A stretch of 18,457 nt of DNA from Candidatus Kapaibacterium sp. (GTDB lineage Bacteria > Bacteroidota > Ignavibacteria > Kapaibacteriales > UBA4661), in contig JANYIG010000256.1 of assembly GCA_025358765.1 (NCBI GenBank), forward strand, positions 1-18,457, read 5' to 3'. Positions 8,207-17,100 of this stretch are shown in pieces. Below the pieces are notes generated by a model, which worked only from the letters and a program-made list of their open reading frames with translations, was not told where the DNA came from and ran no database searches. The first letter of the stretch is position 1, and every line of letters begins with the position of its first letter. The position numbers and the translations under genes were made by a program.

Positions 8207-9262
8207 TTATCGAAGAAATGCCATCACAATCGTTGTCAGAATAATATTCACCAGCGCAAGTGGCATCATTACTCGCCAGCCAAGGTTCATCAATTGGTCG
8301 TAGCGGAAACGTGGCAGCGACCATCGAACCCAAATGAACACGAAGCACATTACCGCTATTTTTGCAAAAAATGTACCGAATTGCAGTAATCCAAGCACAA
8401 TTGAGCCTTCCACAAGACCGATTGGAGCCAGCACCGATGCCGGAATTGGCAACTGCCACCCACCCAAAAACAATGTGGTTGTCATCGCTGCCGAAGCCAC
8501 CATATGCCCGTATTCTGCAAGGAAAAACATGCCGAATTTCATGCCTGAATATTCCGTATGATAGCCGCCTACAAGCTCTGGCTCGGCTTCCGGCAAGTCA
8601 AACGGAGCGCGGTTCGTCTCGGCAAAACCCGCCACAAAAAACACTATAAAACCAAGAGGCTGAAAGAAAAGATTCCATTTCAAATCGGCTTGATTTTTCA
8701 CGATGTCGTTCAAATTCAGCGAACCCGCCATCATAATCACCCCAATCACTGATAATCCCATACAAAGTTCGTAGGAAATCATCTGTGATGCCGACCGTAA
8801 GCCACCTAAGAGCGAAAATTTATTGCTGGATGACCAGCCCGCAAACGTAATCCCATAGACTGCCACCGAACCTACGCCAAACACATAGAGCAGTGCAACA
8901 TTGATGTTTGGTGCAACAGCAAGGTCAATCCGGGTGGTGCCGACCATGATGTAGTTCCCAAATGGTGTGACCGCAAAAGCCGCAACTGCCGTTGTTACAG
9001 CAATAAGTGGCGCAAAAAAGTGAAAGCCTTTATTTGCATCGGTAGGAATAATGTCTTCTTTTAAAAGCAACTTTGCCACATCAGCGAACGGTTGCAAAAT
9101 GCCAAATGGTCCCGTGCGGTTAGGACCAATCCTGTGCTGAATCCACGCAGAAACCTTGCGCTCGTAATACACGCTCACAACAGCGCCCGGTAATACCACC
9201 AAACCCAGCACCAATCCGCCTTTGAGCAGAGAAATAAGAATGAGGAGCAATAATTCAGGCAT
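8207..9262 (-). CDS. nuoH: NADH-quinone oxidoreductase subunit H (membrane subunit, ND1 homologue)
   Basis: 351 aa polytopic membrane protein. YYERKVSAWIQHRIGPNRTGPFGILQPFADVAKL is the canonical NuoH/ND1 N-terminal signature. Confidence 0.9.
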   Translation of the reverse strand: MPELLLLILISLLKGGLVLGLVVLPGAVVSVYYERKVSAWIQHRIGPNRTGPFGILQPFADVAKLLLKEDIIPTDANKGFHFFAPLIAVTTAVAAFAVTPFGNYIMVGTTRIDLAVAPNINVALLYVFGVGSVAVYGITFAGWSSSNKFSLLGGLRSASQMISYELCMGLSVIGVIMMAGSLNLNDIVKNQADLKWNLFFQPLGFIVFFVAGFAETNRAPFDLPEAEPELVGGYHTEYSGMKFGMFFLAEYGHMVASAAMTTTLFLGGWQLPIPASVLAPIGLVEGSIVLGLLQFGTFFAKIAVMCFVFIWVRWSLPRFRYDQLMNLGWRVMMPLALVNIILTTIVMAFLR

Positions 9263-9317
9263 AATCTCAGAAATGTAACGGATGAGTAAAATTCGAGTGC
9301 TTTTGTGAAATTCTCAG

Positions 9318-11216
9318 CTATTCTTTATTTTTTTTGGGATCTATCATCTCCATCAGCTTTAATCCTAACAGCCCGTCTATAGCGTTACCACCACCGTTAC
9401 TGCCTCCGATAAGTATATCGGGTATGAGTTTAATATGTCCTTTAGAGAGTTCTTCGGTAATCTTGTAACGGGTAAAGTTTTCTCCGCCTAAGGCATTTAC
9501 CGCAAGTTCATACGCTTCGGCGGTGGATTTACCGACAGCAAGGATTTTGCCTGCCTCGGCTGTACCTGTCAAAGAAATTTGTTCTGCTTGCGCTGCCGCA
9601 TTTAATTTAATAGCTTCCGATTCCGCTTGTGCTCTTGCTCTTGTGGCTTCGGCTTGGGCAAACGCTCGCATTTTTGTGGCTTCGGCTTCCGCACTTACCG
9701 CAAGTTTTACGCTCGTTGCGTCACCTTCGGCTTTTTTTACGGTTGCGTTTGCGGTACGCTCTGCAATCTCAACGCTTTGTTGAGCCTTGACAATTTCTTT
9801 TTGCATATCGGCGATTGCTGTCTCTTTTTCCATTCCTTGTCGTGTTTCCTGTGCCTGTTTTTGCGTATCATATGTCACTTTTTGTTCTTCGGCTATTTTT
9901 CGATCCGTCAAAGTTTTCATCAATGAATCGGGAGGCGCAATATCGCCAATAAGCGTATCCACGGCGTTCACGTTGTATTCATCCAATACTTTTTTAATGT
10001 GCTCCTTAGCAGATTCTTGTCTTTCTTTACGTGAGCTTAAAAACGCAATAACGTCACTGTCTTGTGCAGAATTACGGAAGTAATTTCCAATCGTCGGTTC
10101 TAATACCTGAGAGACAAGGTTGACCATATTTCCAAATCGTGCAATGACTTTCGGAGCTTCAGTGGTTGGTACGTGAATAATTTGCGCCACGTCAAGATTG
10201 AAGGGGAAGCCGTCTTTGGAGCGCACGGTAATAGTCGAGAGGTTTTTATCAAGATTATGAGCTTCGCTGCGTGCTGATGCCCAATTGAGAACAAGATTTG
10301 TCGTCGGCACCAATTCAACTTTCATAATGTATTTGTTTATGGGATATTTCCCAGGACCAATGGGTTCAAGCCAAACCCCCTTAAATCCCTTTTCGACAAT
10401 ACTTCCATGCTTAAATTCGGTGCCTGTCAAATCGTTTCCCTCTTGACCGATATAGGATATAACAACTCCAACAAATCCAATCGGAATTTCTGTCATTGGA
10501 ATCTCCTCGACTTGCACAGCCCAAGGATTCAGATTGTACGAACCCGCTAAAATTACCTGAGGTTGTAAACCCCTATTCCCGTTATTTTTAAGGAAAATGT
10601 CAAAGTTCTGAAAGTTGTTATGTCCATCAATCAATTCACCCGCTATTTGACCCGCCTCAATCGGCAAACCGTCTAAGGTAGTAATAATACCGACCATACT
10701 TTCTTTAATACGGATCATTTCCGTGACCGAAACCTGGAAGAGCATGGTGTTGATACGATATGAACCAGCAGTGATATACGCTGTTTGTCTGCCTCGTTGT
10801 CCGCCATTATTCAGAAATTTTTCCGCATCCTGAAAATTATCGCATTCAGCACGTTGTCCTAAAATGTTTCCTGTTGGAATTTCAGCGCCGTCTTTTGCTA
10901 AGACCAAGCCAATTTTTCCCTCAGGGATCACCGTAAAACTTTGCATGGTAACATCATATTGCCAAAACCATTTCCCAAAATACAAACCCGGAGCAAGCGT
11001 TTTTGCCTGAAACCCAGCTTCGCCCCGTGTTGCTATGATGCGCCCGTCCGGTAATTCTTTATGCTCGCCGAACAATACAAACTTTTTTGTCACCAATCCG
11101 GTTTTGTCTTCAGGTACTATAACTACCCCAAATAAAAACCGAAGAACATATTTGTAAAGCGCAATACTTACTATCAAAAGAATTGCCCACCAATACGATA
11201 AAAGAAAGGTTTCCAT
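9318..11216 (-). CDS. Flotillin-family (SPFH/band-7) membrane scaffold protein, YqiK/FloT-like
   Basis: 632 aa. N-terminal TM helix followed by an SPFH domain. The C-terminal Ala/Glu-rich coiled coil (AEAEATKMRAFAQAEATRARAQAESEAIKLNAAAQAEQ) and its terminal tail are typical of bacterial flotillins. Confidence 0.85.
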   Translation of the reverse strand: METFLLSYWWAILLIVSIALYKYVLRFLFGVVIVPEDKTGLVTKKFVLFGEHKELPDGRIIATRGEAGFQAKTLAPGLYFGKWFWQYDVTMQSFTVIPEGKIGLVLAKDGAEIPTGNILGQRAECDNFQDAEKFLNNGGQRGRQTAYITAGSYRINTMLFQVSVTEMIRIKESMVGIITTLDGLPIEAGQIAGELIDGHNNFQNFDIFLKNNGNRGLQPQVILAGSYNLNPWAVQVEEIPMTEIPIGFVGVVISYIGQEGNDLTGTEFKHGSIVEKGFKGVWLEPIGPGKYPINKYIMKVELVPTTNLVLNWASARSEAHNLDKNLSTITVRSKDGFPFNLDVAQIIHVPTTEAPKVIARFGNMVNLVSQVLEPTIGNYFRNSAQDSDVIAFLSSRKERQESAKEHIKKVLDEYNVNAVDTLIGDIAPPDSLMKTLTDRKIAEEQKVTYDTQKQAQETRQGMEKETAIADMQKEIVKAQQSVEIAERTANATVKKAEGDATSVKLAVSAEAEATKMRAFAQAEATRARAQAESEAIKLNAAAQAEQISLTGTAEAGKILAVGKSTAEAYELAVNALGGENFTRYKITEELSKGHIKLIPDILIGGSNGGGNAIDGLLGLKLMEMIDPKKNKE

Positions 11217-11252
11217 AATGATATAATAGTTCCGACATTTTTAGCTCATTTG

Positions 11253-11281
11253 CAACGCATCAAATCTTACAACGCATCAAA
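11253..11281. repeat. Perfect 12-bp tandem direct repeat CAACGCATCAAA x2 (5-bp spacer) spanning the DUF2628 stop codon
   Basis: Copies lie at 11253-11264 and 11270-11281, 17 bp start-to-start. On the minus strand the upstream copy encodes the C-terminal F-D-A-L of the DUF2628 protein. The downstream copy lies just after the stop, 37-48 nt upstream of the flotillin ATG. Confidence 0.8.
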
Positions 11282-11794
11282 AAGCGTGTCCGCATCGAAT
11301 GTGTTTATATCGCCTACGTGTCCTGACAATATTTTGAACACCACAGCATCAGCCGCACTGCCAGCAATACCAAGCACTATCACCCACAACAACGATGTGC
11401 CGCCGATTTGACGTAGCGTTGGCGCAAGCATGAGCGGATCGTCTGTACCCATAGTGTTGGCAACATCGCCCACTTTCCGGGTCGCATACCGATAATATAC
11501 CCAATTGCCAAAAATGCCAATCACAATAGACATAAGCAGTGTTGAACTGCGATGGCTGCTATGCGGAGCACTCAAAAAAAGAATATACTTTATTACACGT
11601 GCCGAGCCGAATACGAGTAGTGCCGGAATGTACATTTTACGGTACATCATCCAGTACGCCGAGAAAAAGAATGCCGACCAATTCCAGCTTATCTTCTCGC
11701 TGGAGTTCTCGAATACATCCCACTTTTGCAAATAATGCTCTGAGCGCTCGCCCACAAAAGAAGCAAGGTTTTCATCGCGGATTATGAGTGACAT
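11267..11794 (-). CDS. DUF2628-family small membrane protein
   Basis: The KWDVF...SWNWSAFFFSAYWMMYRKMY motif is characteristic of DUF2628, and two or three predicted TM helices follow. The tracked ORF starts at TTG 11812. The ATG at 11794 is preceded by GGAGGA (+ strand TCCTCC 11799-11804, 4-nt spacer), so start is set there (176 aa). Confidence 0.65.
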   Translation of the reverse strand: MSLIIRDENLASFVGERSEHYLQKWDVFENSSEKISWNWSAFFFSAYWMMYRKMYIPALLVFGSARVIKYILFLSAPHSSHRSSTLLMSIVIGIFGNWVYYRYATRKVGDVANTMGTDDPLMLAPTLRQIGGTSLLWVIVLGIAGSAADAVVFKILSGHVGDINTFDADTLFDAL

Positions 11795-11831
11795 GAAATC
11801 CTCCAGATGCAAGGGTGTACAGTAAATGAAG

Positions 11832-13598
11832 TTAATTTGGCTTCAACGTATGTGATTCGTATTCATACATCGCAAATGGCTCGCTCTCAGCCCCGCCAAA
11901 CACAACACCTTTGCGCTCGTCGAGCAATTCATATGTGAGTCCTGCAAACGCCGGAATAGTATCCACAATTTCCTCAAACACATCTTCCGACACGCGGTAA
12001 CGCCATTTATTTTTGTCTGCACCCATCGCTAGCGCTAATGCTGTGATCGTACCCCAGCTTTGACGGGCACTACGGCGTTCGCCATGCGTCCAACGGTCGT
12101 TTGGAGCGCCAAATTTGTCTAATCGGCTCATTTTTAATCCCATGCGCCGCTCGTTTTCTACCGTGATGATAGACGGGGAGAGGTGTTGCACGCGGCTCTC
12201 GAAGTTTGTGTAGGTGCCTTCCAATTCAGCGTAAGTTGCCGCGGCAAAGACTACGTGCGCCTTTGCGGTTATTGGCGTGTGATTATACGCATGAACGATG
12301 ATGAGCTGGAGCTTGCTTAAAACCTCGTCGGGCAGATGCAAACGGTCATCTTCCATGACGTACAGCACTTTGACGGAGCCGGAATTGAGTTTGGCAAGAA
12401 TAGCATCCAGATTGGAAGCGGCTTTTAGCCCCAATGCCGTTGCGCCTGTTGAATTTGGTGATTTATCGCTGTGGCGCAATTTCACATCACCAAAAGACGG
12501 GTCTTCATATTTTAAAAATTCTACATTGCTTGTGCCAAGAACATCCTTCGCAAACCGTGCAAGCGCGTAATTGTCCTCGTTTGTGGCATGTGCAGAGCCA
12601 AGAACAATAATCTCATTGCCGCTGAATTGCTTTAATTGCTCGGCTGCAAAGGCAGTAGCTTCTTGCCATTCAACCTCCGTTGATGTAACGTTTTTGCGGA
12701 TAAGCGGTTTTTGAATGCGGTTCGCGTTCACGTAGTCATACTGTGTGAGCCGCCCGTAGTCGCACATCCAAAATTCATTCACTTCAAGATTCGTATTTGG
12801 CTCAAGGCGCAAAATTTCGTTGTTGCGAACGCCTGCTTGAACATTGCAGCCACGCGCACAGCCAGTGCAAATCGTTTCGTTAAAGCTCATATCCCACACG
12901 CGAGCTTTGAAGCGGAAGTCACGGCTCGTGAGCGCCCCAACGGGACAGATTTCGATAACGTTCATGGAATATGGGCTATCGAACTCCGTGCCGGGGAAGG
13001 TTTCGATAGTCGTGTGATCGCCGCGTTGTACGAACGTCAACACGGGCTGTTCTGCCTCTTCGGTTGCGTAGCGGATGCAGCGCGAACACGAGATGCAGCG
13101 CTCACCGTCGAACAATACATTCGGACCAAGCGGGACACGTTTGTCTTTGTGATTTTTTGTCTCCTCGAAGCGGCTCTCGCCCTTAGAGTGACGGAAGCTG
13201 TACTCTTGTAATTTACATTGTCCTGCTTCGTCGCATATCGGGCAATCGAGCGGGTGATTGATGAGCAAAAACTCCATGACAGCTTCTTGTGCGGATTCTA
13301 CCTTTTTGTCAGCAATACGAACGTGCATCCCCTCCGACACGGGTGTTGCACAGGCGATGGAGAGTTTGGGCATGTACAAAATAACAGGATTACCCTGTTC
13401 ATCGAGCGCAGGTGTGCGATCAGGATTCATCTTGGGCATTCCAACATCGACAAGGCACATGCGGCAGTTTCCGGCGACCGAAAGCGATGGATGCCAACAA
13501 AAATGGGGTACGTCAAACCCGTTCTCCAATGCTGCTTGAATAATCGTTTGCCCGTCTTTGGCTTCGATGGCGCGACCGTCAATAGTTACACGCGGCAT
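11832..13598 (-). CDS. nuoG: NADH-quinone oxidoreductase subunit G (short form; 2Fe-2S + 4Fe-4S N-terminal domain)
   Basis: MPRVTIDGRAIEAKDGQTIIQAALENGFDVPHFCWHPSLSVAGNCRMCLVDVG is the NuoG N-terminal [2Fe-2S] signature. It is followed by a His-ligated [4Fe-4S] (HPLDCPICDEAGQC) and a [4Fe-4S] CxxCxxC motif. The tracked ORF's 68-aa upstream extension is non-homologous, so start is set at ATG 13598. The 588-aa product is shorter than a typical NuoG. Confidence 0.8.
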   Translation of the reverse strand: MPRVTIDGRAIEAKDGQTIIQAALENGFDVPHFCWHPSLSVAGNCRMCLVDVGMPKMNPDRTPALDEQGNPVILYMPKLSIACATPVSEGMHVRIADKKVESAQEAVMEFLLINHPLDCPICDEAGQCKLQEYSFRHSKGESRFEETKNHKDKRVPLGPNVLFDGERCISCSRCIRYATEEAEQPVLTFVQRGDHTTIETFPGTEFDSPYSMNVIEICPVGALTSRDFRFKARVWDMSFNETICTGCARGCNVQAGVRNNEILRLEPNTNLEVNEFWMCDYGRLTQYDYVNANRIQKPLIRKNVTSTEVEWQEATAFAAEQLKQFSGNEIIVLGSAHATNEDNYALARFAKDVLGTSNVEFLKYEDPSFGDVKLRHSDKSPNSTGATALGLKAASNLDAILAKLNSGSVKVLYVMEDDRLHLPDEVLSKLQLIIVHAYNHTPITAKAHVVFAAATYAELEGTYTNFESRVQHLSPSIITVENERRMGLKMSRLDKFGAPNDRWTHGERRSARQSWGTITALALAMGADKNKWRYRVSEDVFEEIVDTIPAFAGLTYELLDERKGVVFGGAESEPFAMYEYESHTLKPN

Positions 13599-13614
13599 AA
13601 ATTTTTTCCAAGTG

Positions 13615-13650
13615 TGAGAGTATGTTGAGAGTATTACGATGTGAGAGTGT
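13615..13650. repeat. Three direct copies of TGAGAGT(A/G)T immediately upstream of the nuoG start
   Basis: Copies at 13615-13623, 13626-13634 and 13642-13650. On the minus strand they read ACTCTCA and lie 17-52 nt upstream of the nuoG ATG. No Shine-Dalgarno is present. Confidence 0.6.
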
Positions 13651-14046
13651 TTGCGTGTTTGAAGTGCAAACCTACTCGAAGATACCAGATTCAGCGCAAA
13701 TAGGCAAAAAAAGTTCCACACAGGTTCCGTGTATCTCGCATGATTGCTGCCTAAGATGGTAATTGTTAAAACGGTGTTAAGACCGCTAAAAACATGCTCC
13801 ACAAGATAGTGAATATTGTATTTTACAAAAAATTTATCTACTTTAGTTTAATAGTTAATCTTCCATACTACTCGCCGAAGCACCCATCTGCAACGACGTA
13901 GCACCAAACTCCAGACACCAAACTTTATCATTTTATCATCCCAAACTCAACAATGACGCTCTCTGCAACCATATTCTCCGCAATATTTTCTACAATTTCC
14001 GACAGTAACTCTTTCTATTTGTTTACCATTTTTAAAGGTTTTGTTC

Positions 14047-14175
14047 ATGCGTAATGTCCCTACGCTTGCTGTGCGGCGTGGTTTCCGAACCGCCCTGTAC
14101 GCAATGCTACCAACGACCCTTTTTTTTAGTTTGTTTTGTAGTCTTTTGCTTCTGAGCAATGTCTCAAGTAATGCT
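14047..14175 (+). other. Predicted Sec signal peptide of the S8 peptidase
   Basis: MRNVPTLAVRRGFRTALYAMLPTTLFFSLFCSLLLLSNVSSNA|QS. It has a positive n-region, a hydrophobic h-region and an AxA-like site (SNA). An alternative start at Met20 is possible. Confidence 0.5.
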
Positions 14176-17100
14176 CAGAGTATATCATCAAGTACATCTT
14201 CAAGCCCAAAACTTGGACGAGCGCAATTTATAGCCGCGAACCCACGTCCGTCGCAGGATAGCTATTTTATAACGGTTCCGGGCAAACGGCAGCCTGACGG
14301 AACCTACTCGCTTGGCTCGGTTACGGAAGTCAAACGTCCTGCAAAAGGAACCTACGTCAAAGGTTCTGTCATTCTGAAAACGAAACAGCTTTATCCAGTA
14401 GATACAAAGTCGAGCAAAAATGTTGCAAGCCTCCAATCCTCTGTATTGATGACCACATTGGATGGTTTCACCGTAAAAAACATTCGCCCCGTATTCCCCG
14501 ACCTCAATGCTGGCAAGCGCTTGAGCGGGATTGCCTCGGACAATAACGGCATGGGTAACGTCTATGAAGTGCGTTACGATGCGCCCACTGACCCCTTCGA
14601 TGTGTGCCGCGAACTCAGCATGAATCCTGAAGTGGAGTATGCTGAACCGTGTTATATCTACAAACAACAAGCCGTACCCGGCGCACCGAACGATTCCCTT
14701 TACGCCAAACAGTATGCGTGGCAACGGGTGCAGGCGGAAGCCGCATGGGATATGGTGAAAGGAGAGACCACTGTCCTTATCGCTATTGTGGATAGCGGTG
14801 TGGATTGGGAACATGAAGACCTTGCCGCGAACATCTGGACAAATCCGGGCGAATCGGGCTTGGACAAAAATGGCAAAGACAAACGTTTTAATGGTATAGA
14901 TGATGACGGCAACGGCAAAATAGACGACTGGCATGGTTGGGATTTTATCGGTGCGCCAGACGATGCCGATCCCTATTTCCGCGAGGACAACGACCCGAAA
15001 CCCCGCTTCGACGAGCACAATGCCGATCTTTTCGACACACAAACGCACGGGACGCACGTAGCAGGCATAGCCGGTGCGGTGGCGAATAACGGTAAAGGCG
15101 GAGCCGGTGCGAGCTTTAACAATTGTAAAATACTGCCGCTCAAGGCAGGCTCTGATAAAGACGACCAAGGCTCAATTTTTTCCTCTGGCGCATATGCCGC
15201 CATCCTCTATGCCGCACAAATGGGTGCGAAGGTGGTCAATAATAGTTGGGGCGGTTCCGGTGGAGGAAGTCAATTTCAGCAAGATGTTATTAACACGGCA
15301 ACCGCAATGGGACTGTTGGTGGTTTCTTCGGCTGGTAATGGTGATGCGAATAACAATAACGACCTGATGGATTTTGTGTATTACCCAGCTTCGTATGATA
15401 ATGTTTTGTCCGTGGCAGCAAGCGATGTCAACGACGTAGCTGTGAGTAAACTTAATGACAATTATTTTGGTACAACACTTGGCATAAAAACAACAGTATT
15501 TGCGCCGGGTTCTAATATTTTGAGTACGTTTATTGGTAATCGGTATGGTATTTTTAGCGGTACGTCTATGTCATCACCGCTTGTAACAGGCATTGCAGGG
15601 CTTGTACGAAAGGTGCATCCGGAATGGACACCACGCCAAGTGTTGCAGCAAATTCGCTCTACGTCGGACAATGTTTTACGTCTTGGTGCATTCCAAAACG
15701 CGACCAACACCAACAGTGACCGCCCAACCCAGCAGTATGGGCGCATCAATGCGTTTCGTGCGGTTACGGTGAATAGTACGTTGAATTCCGGCGATAATGT
15801 CGTGCCGGGCATCAGCTTTACCCGTGCCTTCACGACGGCGCAAGACGGCATTGTGAACGCATATCAACCGCTCCGCTTAATTTTGGCAGTGCAAAACTTT
15901 CTCTCGAATGCGTCCGATGTGAGTGTTACGCTCACGCCGATTACGGCGAGCAATGCCGTTGCGTTGCAGCCGACGGCTTCGATTGGTACGCTCAACACAC
16001 TTCAAGAAAAACCCGCTGTATTCGACATTCAACTTCAACCGGGTGCTGCACGAACGGGCAATGTGGATTTTATGGTGACCTACCGTAGTGGCTCTGGCGC
16101 TACTGCTTACGTTAATTACGAGCGTATTCGCGTTCCGTATAACATTTCTGCCTCACGGACTCAACAGCTTATAACGTCAGCGTTAGTGGATTTTGGGTCA
16201 ACATCGCCATCGTCGCCAGTGACGAGTACAGTGAGCTTCCGAAACATCGGAGCACAAAGCATAACGGTTTCGACAGCAACTGTCACTGGGACAAATGCTG
16301 GTGATTTTTCGTTTGTAAGCCCGTTCAGCCCCATAACGGTGGCTGCCAACGGCACAGCCAGTGCTACGCTTCGCTTTACGCCGAGTAGCACAGCCAGTAC
16401 GACCGCTCGTGCGGCAACCCTTGACATCACGGCACTTTCAAGCACGGCGGCAACCATTGGTGGGATAGCCGTTGCATCGGGTTACGGTTTTGAAAGTGTT
16501 CGCGGAACATATTCAGAAATTACGGGCGGCGTGGTACTCGGCAAAGGAATAGTAGTAGATGACGAAGAATATGCGTTGGAGTTCGGTTTTCCATTCTTGT
16601 TTGCCGGCACGACCTACACAAAATTGACGATTAACTCGAATGGTTTTGTGGCATTTGCGCCGAGCGGAACGACGGTCGGGCAGCAGCAAAATATTCAAGC
16701 ACCTTTGAGCGATGTGTTCTCTGCTGGCGGCATGGTTTCAGCGTTTTCGAGCGACCTTCAGCTTTCGGCAAGCGGCGAAATTCAGGCAAAATCGGAAGGC
16801 ACAACGCCGAACCGCGTCTTTACAGTGCAATGGAAAAATTGTACATTTTTTGATGAAACGTTGGGAGCGCAGGGCGGTCCGTCGCCGAATGGAAACCTCA
16901 ACTTCCAGATTCGTATTTATGAAGGCTCGAACAATATCGAATTCCGCTATGGTACAATGACCTACGGTGCTTCGGCTCGTGTTCGCACGGACGAATTTAT
17001 TGGTCCGGGCGTTGGGCAGGTGGGTTTGCGAAGCTCTTCCACCAATGATTTTTTGAACCGACGCGTGACTCCGCTTGATCGCAATACATGGGATGGTTCG

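Noticed and set aside
13599-13802. 68-aa N-terminal extension of nuoG (track start 13802), the 29-aa extension of tatA (track start 7609), and the TTG start at 11812 for the DUF2628 gene.
   Set aside because: The extensions are non-homologous. Conserved N-termini (MPRVTIDG for NuoG, MFGLG for TatA) begin at internal ATGs. For DUF2628 the ATG at 11794 carries a GGAGGA site, while the TTG does not.
13947-14159. 70-aa minus-strand ORF overlapping the protease start.
   Set aside because: It overlaps the well-supported signal-peptide start of the S8 gene in antisense, is Arg/Lys/Cys-rich, and has no start context.
14200-15168. 322-aa minus-strand ORF in the track, plus 14700-14918, 14973-15203, 15462-15851, 15676-15867, 16161-16457, 16738-17139, 17169-17456, 17566-17829, 17886-18200 and 17932-18348 on the minus strand, and 15074-15367, 16712-16960 and 17127-17591 in other + frames.
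   Set aside because: All lie inside, antisense to, or out of frame with, the continuous S8 peptidase reading frame, which has clear catalytic motifs. Their translations are low-complexity and Arg/Cys-rich with no recognisable domains. They are typical shadow ORFs of a long gene that the track omitted only because it lacks a stop in the window.
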